Below, in pieces: positions 45,911-56,500 of a stretch of 64,000 bases of DNA (position 1 is the first letter of the stretch; the number at the start of each line of letters is the position of its first letter). The stretch is from positions 310,001 to 374,000 of the forward strand of contig JAMDHS010000004.1 of assembly GCA_029717555.1 (NCBI GenBank), read 5' to 3'. The translations under genes and the position numbers were made by a program. Source of the DNA: Peribolospora baueri (taxonomy: Eukaryota). The notes under the pieces were generated by a model. The model made no database searches, was not told the origin of the DNA, and was given only the letters and a program-made list of their open reading frames with translations.

Positions 45911-47004
45911 ATGCCAGACATGAACGGCTCCTCGCGGGACCGGGTGCGCAAGCACACCGGCATACCGCTCTACTTCAAGGAGTTCTCGAGCAATAATACG
46001 ACGGACGACAAGTTCAAGAAGGCGTACCAGGTGCGTTTTTTGATTTGGCTTCGCTTGGTTCGGTCGTGGGCCCGAGAGCAGGTAAGGTTGAGGGGCGCCG
46101 TTCGTCGTTGGAGGGGCCCCGGTGTGGTTGTTGGAGACTTGTTCGATCGGAGGGCGTGGCGAATGCAAAACGGTCGACGAGAGGGCTAGAACGGCGAGGG
46201 AGGAAGAAGAAGAAGAAAAGCTTGGAGGAGATTGACGTCCGCTTCCTGTCCTCCTTTCCGCCCGCCCGCGTCGTTGTCGCCTCGCCTGGCGCCGCTTCCT
46301 AGGTCGTGGGCCGCCCCGCGACGACGGACCACGACATTAATGAGGATTTCCTGCGTGACCCGCCGCAGGTGAGTGAGAGCAGGGGAGTTTGCCTCCTTCA
46401 TCGAGCGTCGTCGGCGCACGTATCGAGTGACTGAGCGCGAGGGCTCGTCGTCGTCGTCGTCGTCGTCCTACGCATCCGAACGGTCGTCGTCGCTTTCCGA
46501 TCAGAACGAACCCGGTCGGGTGAGCTAGCGCTCTCTATGCTCCTCGTTCTCTTCAGGTGAAGGGAAGGACGTCTCACTGGAGCCGGACGGACTGTCTCCT
46601 TGCCCGCGTCACCGTCCATGCACACACACACACACACACACACGCACAGTACTGGGCAATAAAAGACGGTCGCGAACACGACTTGAAGAACAAGTACTAC
46701 ACCAAGAAGCAGAGCGAGGACGAGGTGGACGCCATTGTCGATGCGCGTGTCATCCGGCCCTGTCATTTGCATCCTCGCCGTGGGCCTCGCAACACCGTCT
46801 CGTCCGACTGACTGATTTGACTGACCCCTCGCCGATCCACTCCCCCATGGCGCTTGGCCCAATTGTCCACTGAAACCGAACGAACGAAATGAACAGGAGA
46901 AAGAGCGGCTGGAAAAGCGGAGGAACCCTGCGCAGATCTCAAAGAAGAAGATCTTGGACCTTCACAAAAGGTTCAAAGGGGGGGACATTGGCGGGCCATA
47001 TTGA
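45911..47004 (+). CDS. Small hydrophilic hypothetical protein (5 exons, 133 aa)
   Basis: Exons 45911-46030, 46303-46368, 46505-46519, 46650-46742 and 46897-47004 (last intron GC-AG). The spliced product aligns almost without gaps to the upstream paralogue. Confidence 0.75.
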
Positions 47005-47989
47005 CCTGCCGTCGAGCGCGGCTCTCCTTCCATCTCCACTCGTCCTCCGTTCTCTGTCGTGGAAAAAGAAGAGGAAGAGGGGAAGAGGGACGGACGGAAG
47101 GGCGGTGATGGTCGGTGATAGACGGTTACGCGCTGATAAGGGGATGGATTGACGGATGGAGAAGGAGTTGAACGAGCATCGCCAGAGGGACGAGGAGCGA
47201 CGCAAGAACGGCAGAGAAGCAGCGGGGGCATGCAAAGAAGTACGTGGTGTATATGGAGCAATCACTTGGGGAGTTGACTGGGCGACGTCGGAAGGCGACA
47301 GCATCTTTGCGATGCTTCGTCAGGGTGACCGTCGTGCACCGCGTACGATGGCGAGAGACGACGTTTCCCTATGTTATGTCCACCTCATCACCATTGCTGT
47401 CGAACGGCCTTTTCTCTTGTACTTTTATCTTGAGATCGATCTCCATTCATCTCTTCTTCCATTCATTCTTGCGCCGCGTTGATTGAAGCGGGTCCAACGT
47501 GTTGTTGTATCGAGCATGGCGGACTCTCGTGACGCACATGGATGCGAGGCCGGTCCGCAGCTACGCCGGCCTGCGGGCGGGCCTGTTGGCTGGCTGGTGG
47601 CTAGCTGGCTACGATGGGATTCTGTGTTGGAGGAATTTCGAAAATGCCAAAGGAACGCTTGCTTGTACATGACAAGCTACTATGACGGCCGACCGCACTG
47701 TCCCGTTGGCGAGCGACTCCACCACGAAAAAACAAGCGAGCGGCGGAGACGACGTGGAGAGGGCGGATACAAGGCCGGGTGGGAGCTGGAGGGGGTAAGG
47801 GATGGAGTTATGGAGTTTACTGCGTTCTGTAATCGTTCGACTTCTTCCGTCACGCAGCGTCAACGACGGCGTCCACCGGGTCGATCCAGCCTACGGCCGT
47901 GCCTGAGCCGAGTGGGCAACTGCGGCCGGGGCGCGGTCCGTAGTGGCGCGGGCTGACGATGTGGAGCGGGCGGAGGAAAGAAGAAAGAA

Positions 47990-48100
47990 CGGCGGAGGAG
48001 AAGAAGAGGGAGAAAGAAAAAGAGGAGAAGAAGAAGAAGAAGAAGGAGGAGGAGGAGGAGGAGGAGGACGATGACGACGACAACGAGACGACGACGATGA
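47990..48100. repeat. Purine-rich trinucleotide microsatellite array (GAA/GGA/GAC)
   Basis: Successive (AAG)n, (GAG)n and (GAC)n runs. Confidence 0.8.
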
Positions 48101-49077
48101 ACAAAGGCTAGGAAACGAGAAAGAAAGGCGGCGTCGTTCACGCGCTCACGTGCGCCCGCCAGCCAAGGCGTCGTCCACGGGCGAGATGGGAGTGAGAGAG
48201 AAGGATGAAAGGGAAGGCTTGGTGAGGAAGAGGGAAGGAAGTGTCGAGGGCCGAGTGTGCCGGCGGGAGCTGAGTGGAGGATGGAGAGTAGACGAACGAG
48301 TGAGAGAGTGGCGAGCGAGCGTGGCTGAGCGACGACGACTTAAAACCCGAGCGTGGCTGGCGCTCTTCCTCCTTCGCCCTCATCCACCACATCCACCACA
48401 CATCTCCTTTCCACTTCGTCGTCGTAGCGCTGGTCGCACGCTCCCACTTTGATCCTTAATCTTTCTCCCCCCCGTCCTCCTTTATCTCCCCAAGATCACA
48501 ACCAAGCACAAGCAGCAGCAGCAGGAGCCATACAGACAGACGCCTACGCACTGCCACCCCATCGCCTCGCCATCGTTGTACACCATCCTCGCCTCGCCCA
48601 ACACCAGCGCCGCTGCGGAAGACTCGTGAGTGCTCTTTCATCTATCTAGCCTGCCCATCGCATCCCCTCGCACTGCCTCTCTTGGCGCCACCCTCGCACT
48701 TAGTCGTGGTGTCTGTCGCTGACGTCGCGTCATGGTCCCCTCCTCCTCGTCTTGGCCCTGCCGCGCCCGTCGTCATGGTACCCGTACCTGACACCCGCCT
48801 TGCTCGACAGGTTGAGCTCGTCACTACTGCACAGATCACCTCCTCAGCTCGACTCATCTCGTCCCATCTAATCTCACCACCCGCTTCTCTTATTCACAGA
48901 GTCGTCGCTCGACCCATCGCAGTCCGCGCTGCTCTTATCTGCCCGCCTCCATCCCCGCACGAGAACCCCTTCTTGCCTCCCATCTTTTCCCCCTTCCGCT
49001 CCTTCATTATCACGCTCCTTGCATCTTTCTCGGACTCTTATCCAGCCCCTCCTCTACCCTTCCCATCCGCTTTCCAC

Positions 49078-50982
49078 ATGCTCGCCGTTTCCTCCACCCT
49101 CCCCTTCGTCCTCGACGGCGATCGTCGCGTGGAGCCGCTGGTCGGCTCTCCGTCTCGCGTCGCCTCCCTCCCCGTCCCGCGTTCGCCGGGCATGTTCCCC
49201 TCGTCGCCCTCCTCCGTCGAGTCCGCGTCCGTGACCGCCAACGGCGACGCCCCTCCATCCCGGCCCGAGCTGCTCCAGGTCCAGGTAAAGGCGCGAGGGA
49301 ACCCCCAGTTGCGCCGCATCCTCCCTTCCCCGCCTGCCTCTCCCCGTCGCATCTCCGCCCCCAGCCCTCTCCATCGCAGCTTCGACGCCGCCGCCCTGGG
49401 GGAGGCTGCCAACCACCGCGCCGCTGACGCTGGCGCCCTTTCGCCCATCTCCTCCTGGGACGACGGCGACGACGACGCGTTCGACTTGGACCCTCCCCTG
49501 TCGCCCCCCACTCCCAGGCCCTCGGCCACGTTCTCTTTCATGCTCGCCGCCCGTACCGACGCCCGCTGCGGTGCCACCACTCCCGCTCAGGACGCTGACA
49601 AATTCCACGAGAGGGCCCTACCCTCCTTGCCGCCTCTCAGTGTCTCTGATGGGCCCAGGAGGCCCTCCTCCGCCGCTCGCTTGGAAACGGAGCGCGGCTC
49701 GGAAGTCGCCCCTCAACGCTGTCCATCTCGCGAGCGCGACCAAGCCGAGATCGCGCGTCTGATGAGCTTTAAGCTGCGAGGCGCGATAAGGGGCGGCGGA
49801 AGGGGAACCGGTGGCCGTACGGAAAAGGACATGCGCCACGTTGCCGCCTTTGGCGCTCACCGCGTCAGCAAGGGCAAAAAAGTGATCTCGGATGAACGGC
49901 GCGTGGACAAGCCTGAGCCCAAGCTCAAGTCCATCCTTCGGTCCACGCCGTCGTCCGCCGAAGACCCCAACCTCATCCCGGCCACCCCACCCGCTACGCC
50001 CCCCACGCTTCACTTCCTCCTTCCCTCCCCGGGCCTCTGCTCTCCTATAGAGCACGCGCAGCGCATGGCCAAGGCCAGAGATGAGGGGCTGAAGAAATTG
50101 AAGGACGCTGCTGCTCAGGCCGGTACTCTCGCCTCTTCCGCCCCCAACTCGTCCGGTGACGCCCCTGCGCCCGGTAAGCCCAGGCTCAATCGCGCCGCTT
50201 TGCGAACGTGCGCGGCCCTCGCCGCGTCTGCCGCCCAACAGCAGCAGCAGCCGACCGTGTCGCACTCCAACGCTCCACTATCTCCCGTCACTAAGCCCAG
50301 GGTCAGGGCCGCGTCAGGGGCCACCCCCGTAGCGGGCGCTCGGGACAGGTCGATGCCGAGCTTGGACGAGATCACGGCGCGGATCACGGCGCGCGCTGGT
50401 GGAGAGAAGAAGATCGACGTCCTTGCAGGCGCCGGAGCCGAGGAGGAGAGCGTGCCCAACTCGCCGGCGACACCGACGCCCGACGTCAGTGTACACATCT
50501 TGCCTCCGTCGCCACCTGCGCACCCGCCGATGAGCCCTAGCATCGACGCCGTCCTCGGCGTCGCTGGTGGCCTGTCAGGAACCATCGTCGTCGCCGACGC
50601 CGGTCATCTCGCCCCTCCGCCCCGCCTCGCCGCCCCCGGCGCTGCGAGCCGGTGGGCCAAGATGGCCGGCCTGGCCGACGGCTCGCTCGTGCCCGGCTCG
50701 CCCACGCTCTCGTCGATCCGCCGCGCCAGGGGCAATTCGGCGCCGCCGAGTCTCGAGGCGATGCGCTTCCCCCCTAAGGCTCCCATCCCCGGCGTCGTCG
50801 TCGCCGCGGCGGGAGAGACGGAGGAGAGGGAGCGAAGGAAAGTCGGTTCGGAAGAGCGAGCGACGGCTGCGGCTGCGGCTGCGGGTGATGACGGGGTCGA
50901 CGGCAGGAGGGAGGAGGCAGGTAGGGCCATGATGCTCCGGCTGGGCAAGAGGAGGAGCGCTCCCGTGCCTCCCAGAGCCTGA
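49078..50982 (+). CDS. Intronless Pro/Ser/Ala-rich hypothetical protein
   Basis: ORF of about 1.9 kb from ATG 49078 with C/G-ending codon bias. Low complexity with short conserved-looking islands (LRRILPSPP, MPSLDEITAR, AMMLRLGKRRS). Confidence 0.7.
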   Translation: MLAVSSTLPFVLDGDRRVEPLVGSPSRVASLPVPRSPGMFPSSPSSVESASVTANGDAPPSRPELLQVQVKARGNPQLRRILPSPPASPRRISAPSPLHRSFDAAALGEAANHRAADAGALSPISSWDDGDDDAFDLDPPLSPPTPRPSATFSFMLAARTDARCGATTPAQDADKFHERALPSLPPLSVSDGPRRPSSAARLETERGSEVAPQRCPSRERDQAEIARLMSFKLRGAIRGGGRGTGGRTEKDMRHVAAFGAHRVSKGKKVISDERRVDKPEPKLKSILRSTPSSAEDPNLIPATPPATPPTLHFLLPSPGLCSPIEHAQRMAKARDEGLKKLKDAAAQAGTLASSAPNSSGDAPAPGKPRLNRAALRTCAALAASAAQQQQQPTVSHSNAPLSPVTKPRVRAASGATPVAGARDRSMPSLDEITARITARAGGEKKIDVLAGAGAEEESVPNSPATPTPDVSVHILPPSPPAHPPMSPSIDAVLGVAGGLSGTIVVADAGHLAPPPRLAAPGAASRWAKMAGLADGSLVPGSPTLSSIRRARGNSAPPSLEAMRFPPKAPIPGVVVAAAGETEERERRKVGSEERATAAAAAAGDDGVDGRREEAGRAMMLRLGKRRSAPVPPRA

Positions 50983-51082
50983 GGCAGCAGACCCTTGTTT
51001 TCTTTGCGCGCACAATCAACCGCTCCCATGTCGCTGAGGCTACGCTATGGCTCGGAGGGGAACCAGAAGAGCGGATAGAATT

Positions 51083-51230
51083 GATAGGATAGGATAGGAT
51101 AGGATAGGATAGGATAGGATAGGATAGGATAGGATAGGATAGGATAGGATAGGATAGGATAGGATAGAATAGGATAGGATAAGGTCGGATAAGATAGGAT
51201 AAGATAGGATAGGGTAGTGTAGGGTAAGGT
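51083..51230. repeat. (GATAG)n pentanucleotide microsatellite, degenerating at its 3' end
   Basis: Long perfect ataggataggat run, then variants (gataa, ggtag). Confidence 0.95.
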
Positions 51231-52177
51231 GACCTAGTCATCGCTCGTCGCGTTCGCTCATCGTCGCGGCCGATGCCGAATGTCCATCCGTCCTTTGTTG
51301 GGACATCGTTTCCCGTCCCGTCCCGTCATGGATGGATTCAAATTCGAATGCAATGCATCGAGCTAGCCCACCATCCATCCATCCATCGAACCTTCGTTTT
51401 GTGTTTTGTTTGCTTCTTTGCCGTCGTCGACGCCCGCCTGATGACGGCGATGGATGACCAACCGGTACGACACATCGAAAAGCGATGCCGACGTTTACGG
51501 ACATGCAGGGATGGGAAGGGTGATATTTGCGAGCATCCAAAGAGAGAACGAAGATACAGGAACGTCTTTGAGAGATGCATAGAGATACGACGCGGAGAGG
51601 ACGAGCGGCTAAGCCGTACGTATCGTCTCGGTGGGAGGCAAGTCTCTTGCCCAGGTGAGGACGAGGACTAGACGTGCCCTGTTGATCGCGCTCAATCGTC
51701 TGCCATCGCTTTCCCCGGGCCGCTCGTCGTCCCTCGCACGACTGTCATCTGCAAGACGACGACGACAACCTGCCTCCGAGCACCAACCAGAATCGCGTGA
51801 CAAGTCGGGAGGGGACGACGGACCCGAGAGGAAAAGGCTGCACGGAACACTGGCTGGAGAGCACGCGCGCGATTCGCATCCTTGGACGTCGGCGACGCCC
51901 TCCCTCCGTGCCGTGCTGCTCTGCGACAAACGTATATGGAAGGCGTGTATGTGCTTGCGATCCATATCGCACGGCATTCCCATAAAGCCGTCATAAAATC
52001 CTCCGAAAATGTTCGATGCGATCTCAAAGTTCCCGTGTCCGTCCCTCTTCGATTGTTCAATCGGCACACAAAGTAAACGGGTCGGGGTGGTGGGCGAAAG
52101 TTGCACGAGTTCGCGCGCTCGAGCCACAAATTGGGCCAGCGGCCAACAGGACGCCTAGACGGGGTTTCACAGACTCG

Positions 52178-53419
52178 TTAGGCGAAAGCCCGAGCAAACA
52201 AGTCATTACCAACCACGTCTCTCAAACCGCTCAGTCGCTCAGCAAGCCAGTCCCGCACCATCTCCGTCTCCCTCGCGGCCACCCTTACGATTGCCGCCTG
52301 AGTCTTGTCCTCTGCCGCATCAGCCCCGGTCAAGCCAGCGCTTCGACCTTGACTGCCCTCGGGAGCGCTTTTCCCCACCGCTTCAGTCCTCCTCCATGCC
52401 TTCTCGTCCTCCTGGCCAAGGAGGTCACTGAAGCTCCAGACGAGGTCATCCGGCTCGGGCCGTGCGCGCTGGACGATGGAATCGGACTCCTCCCGCAAAG
52501 AGGTCACGAGCGAGGCGCAAAGTGGACCGACAAGGATCAGGGTGGCGTAGCAAGCGTACGGCTGAAGGCGGGCGGCGTAGGAGCCTTGACGCGGAGGGAG
52601 CGGGGATGCGGAGGTGGACGAGGAAGGAGGGCGAGCGAGATCGCTCAAGTTGTCGTCGTCCTCGAGCACCGTCACGTCCCGCACGATCGGCCTCCCCTGC
52701 ACGCGGACCACGTTCCGGCTGGCGTACCGCCGGAACATCCATTCCTCCCCCCTCCTCATCCGTCCGCTCGTGAACCAGTCCAGGAGGACGAGGGAACAAG
52801 TTAGCCGGCATTCGAGGTCGAACGTCTGCGTCTGTACGTACGACGACGAGGCGAAGCACGTGACGGGCGATGGGAGGAGGACCAGCGAGCCGCCCTCTCG
52901 GACGAGAGTGTGGAAAGTTTGAGTGGTCGAGCCAACAACAGCTGAACAGTCCTCTCCTACGACACTCGTGGCAGCCCTCCCTCTTCCGTTCTGCAAAGCT
53001 GATGGTTCGGTCTGCCTCGGCCACAGCCGAGCCTTGAACACCTTAGTGCTCCCCTGGGTAAGGAGCAGTAGCACGCAGCCTGGTCCGACGTCCACATCGA
53101 GTCGAACTCTGTCTCCGCTCACGAGACCGCCGCCATAGCTCACGAGGTAGACGACTCCGAGACGTCTGCGAGCGGCGACGGGATCGGAAACCCGAGGGGC
53201 GAGCAGTTTGAGAGGAAAGGTCGCAGAGATCTCCGGGAAGCTGCTGTATGCCCCGCGGCCTCGCTGGGTCAGCCGGGCGTGCGTGGTCTCCGGTCGAGAG
53301 CGTGGTGGCGGGGGATAAGGCGGCGCCCGATGAGCCCCGCTGTAGAGGACTTCATGAGTGGCCGAGCCATGTCGAGACACTGGCGCAACTGACGCTATCG
53401 CATCTGATGGAGTTGCCAT
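52178..53419 (-). CDS. ureD: Urease accessory protein UreD (Ure4)
   Basis: Single exon, 413 aa. FPLKLLAP, YLVSYGGGLVSGD, LLTQGSTKVFK, LPSPVTCFASSSYVQTQ, LLDWFTSGR..RGEEW. Confidence 0.93.
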   Translation of the reverse strand: MATPSDAIASVAPVSRHGSATHEVLYSGAHRAPPYPPPPRSRPETTHARLTQRGRGAYSSFPEISATFPLKLLAPRVSDPVAARRRLGVVYLVSYGGGLVSGDRVRLDVDVGPGCVLLLLTQGSTKVFKARLWPRQTEPSALQNGRGRAATSVVGEDCSAVVGSTTQTFHTLVREGGSLVLLPSPVTCFASSSYVQTQTFDLECRLTCSLVLLDWFTSGRMRRGEEWMFRRYASRNVVRVQGRPIVRDVTVLEDDDNLSDLARPPSSSTSASPLPPRQGSYAARLQPYACYATLILVGPLCASLVTSLREESDSIVQRARPEPDDLVWSFSDLLGQEDEKAWRRTEAVGKSAPEGSQGRSAGLTGADAAEDKTQAAIVRVAARETEMVRDWLAERLSGLRDVVGNDLFARAFA

Positions 53420-53515
53420 GGGCCGCCCGACCGCGAAGATAAATGGACGCGGACAGATAAAGACGGACGGACGGGACGGAAGCGTAACCCTACTGCCAGC
53501 GTTCCATCCAGTGGC

Positions 53516-56500
53516 TCACGACTGCAAAACTCTAAGGACATGGACACCGCCGCCTCTCCGGACGAACTCGATCTTCTTCCCCAGCAACACTTCCCGGCCC
53601 CCATCGTTCTCCTTCAACCCTTCTCCGTCCGTCATGACCGTGGTCCATAGCGTCCATGCTCCGATGCTGACCGTCGCTGGACGCTCGACCAAAGCGCGAG
53701 CTCGCACTTCGACGACAGCTCCCGGAGCTACCGCGCCACGGTGGGTCAACCGGCCTTGCCACAAAGCCGGCGGCGGAAGGGACGAGCTGAAGAATGCAAC
53801 GAGGAAAGCGATTCGATTCAGAGCGGGGCCTCGAGACAAAGGGTGACCGCGGGGACTCACTCGAGCTCGGACGGCCCGCCTTCCAGAGCGAGCACGAATC
53901 GGGCATGACGAATCGCCGACGTGTTCCGTATAGTGAACGTGACCGGTACTGGGCATGGCCTATGTGAAATAGATCAGGCGAGAAGACAAGGTTCAGTAAA
54001 AGGGACAAGGCGGCGTTCATGCTAACACCCGCTCACCCTTCGCCTTGGAAGTCATGCCGAACCTCATCGACGAGGTCGACGTCAATGGCCAAGCAATCCT
54101 CATCGTTGCCTAGTCCGCTATCGACCAAGCTCTTCAGCAGAGCCGCCTTCTCCCTCACCGTTTGCTCGTACATGCTCCTAACTCCCTTCCCCGCACCCTC
54201 TTGCTGCGCCAGCACCCGATCAAGTACACCCCACGCTGGACCGAGGGTCAGACCGAAGATGTGAATGTGACCCCGGCGATCGGTACCCGCGATCGAGAAG
54301 TACACGACAACGTCCACGTCGCGTGGCTCGTAAAGGGTGAACAAGTATGGGTGGTCCGCAGCGGGAATCAATGGGTATTGCTGTCCGAGGACATACTGTC
54401 GCCAATCGCGACGCGACAAAAGGAAATAGTTGCGAAGCCACGGAGCGGTCGTCGAGATCGGATCTGATAACTGCAAATCGGAACGCGGAGGGACGATCGA
54501 CGAATCAGCGGCGGTTTGACAGCTTTCGCAAGAAACGAGATCTGATCCACGTACTGTCGAGACACTGCTGATCCAGACGCCTGCTTCGGCGGGCAGGCTT
54601 TTCCGGAACTCGTTTCCTCCTTGGAGCATAGACCGTAGTCTTTCCACAGTAAAACCTAGGTCTGTCATGGGCCTGGCGGAGGCATCTTGCTGCTCTTGAG
54701 GGGCATCTACTGCTTCGAGCACAAATGACGTGCGTGAAGACTGGGACGGCGGAACCGAGGAGAGATTATGTCTAGAATATGCGGGGAAATTTCAGTACCG
54801 ACCTTGCCAATGCTCGCTCTTCCCTGCCGACCTACTCACAACATGGTGACCCGAGAGGATATTTCCCAAGACGGGCTCAAACAAGACACCTGATCGATCC
54901 TGACGTCCGCTGTGGGATGGAGGTTGTCGACCTGCGAGAACGCTCAGCTCCGTCAGCAAACGCACGTTCATAGACCTTGAAGCAGAGAGCTCAGCCCATC
55001 CAGCACCCACCTCGAGTGCCAGACTGTAGGCGTTCGACCTGGACTTGCTGAGTTGCGGAGTGACTGACACCTCCACGAGCGTCTCCACGTCCAGCTCATG
55101 GGCGAACCTCGTCGAGAGGTATTCCCCTTCTCTCTCCTAATACGAACGTAAGGGAACATGACGACGGATGAGGTCGGATCCGATCGCGAGCCGCTGGGCG
55201 AGACCGAGAAAAGACTCACGCTAGACTCGAACACGAACAGCCAACGCAGCTCGTGTCTCCCAGGGGCATCGCCGCGGAGCAGCACTACGACGTCGACGGT
55301 CTCATCGGGCTGAAGCGCCTCACCGGGGAGGGCTATCTCGCTCGGAGGCAGCTTGCCGAGATCGTTTGGGCATGATACGAGGCTCCGCGACGGGTACGCG
55401 TCATGGGAACCGGTCGATCCGTCTGCCAGCGGTGATGTGTAGATGTCTGCCGAGGATGGGTAGTGCGGAAGAACGCCGTCGATGAGCGCAGAATCTCACC
55501 GCACAAGACCATTAACGCCCCACTCACCCGCAGAGCTCGAGGCCAGAGAGTCGGTCATTTGTACGAACGTCGGTAGAGAGGCGAGCGTGCGTAGATCTCG
55601 CAACGGGACTTTGCCCTTGTTGCGCACTCTCATGACCGCCTTGACCGTCTCGCCAACGGCGATGAGCTCGGGTGCATCGGTGAAGGTAATGGCGATGGAC
55701 GGCTTGGGCGGCATGACGGAGACTTGGAGAGATGTGTCGGGTGCGTAGGTGGGCTCGAGCCTGTGAGCCTTGGTCGCGTTCAGCCGTCTGCCCTTACGTG
55801 TCAGTGTCTCAGTGAAGACCAACAGGTCGTGGAAACGGAACCTGATCGAGGCGAACCTGATCTTGCGTTGTGAGCTGCAGCGAACGCCGAAAGATATCTG
55901 CGAAGACAGGAAAAGCCAAGATGAAGGGTCAAATCGCTGAATCGACGCGTCGAATCCCTAGACACGACGCTTACCGGCAATTCCTCCGCCGGTGCAAGCT
56001 GAACCTCAGGCATGGCGTCCAGCTCGACGCCCTCGATCTCGCTCGCGTCCACGGTAGGGCCCGGCTTTCCTGTTTCGTCCAACTCGAAGGCCAGGAGGGT
56101 CAAATCGCTGAGCGTCACCGACGCATGAACGGGATTGCGTGCGACGAGGTCGAGGTAGAACGTTTCTGTCCAAGCGGGGGTAGGGGCGCGGAGGAACGGA
56201 GAAACTGAGTCGCGATCAACGAGACCATCATGCGATGACTCCGCTCGACCACTCACCTCCAACGCCGACTATATTCTCCGACGTTGCCGGAGTCAAGGAC
56301 AACGGTCGCTTCCGCTTGCGCTCTGAGCCATCCGCGCGGTCCTTGAAGCCCCGCTCGAGGAATGCGGTTTCCAGGTCAGCCCAGCCGGAGTCATCAGCTG
56401 ATCGGGTGGTGGAGTAGAGGTCGTCGTAATCGTCGGATAACCGGATGGACGCCCGTTTTGCGTCGAAGATCGGCGCTGGAAGAGCGAGGGAAGAGGAAGA

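Noticed and set aside
47156..48680. Short ORFs between the paralogue pair and the 49-kb gene
   Set aside because: No motifs and no consistent splice model; dominated by simple repeats.
51083..51230. (GATAG)n as a telomere or a coding YPILS repeat
   Set aside because: An internal microsatellite downstream of a stop codon; the unit is not TTAGGG and the ORF through it is an artefact.
52178..53419. Urease gene cluster
   Set aside because: Only ureD is present; no urease, ureF, ureG or nickel transporter in the window.
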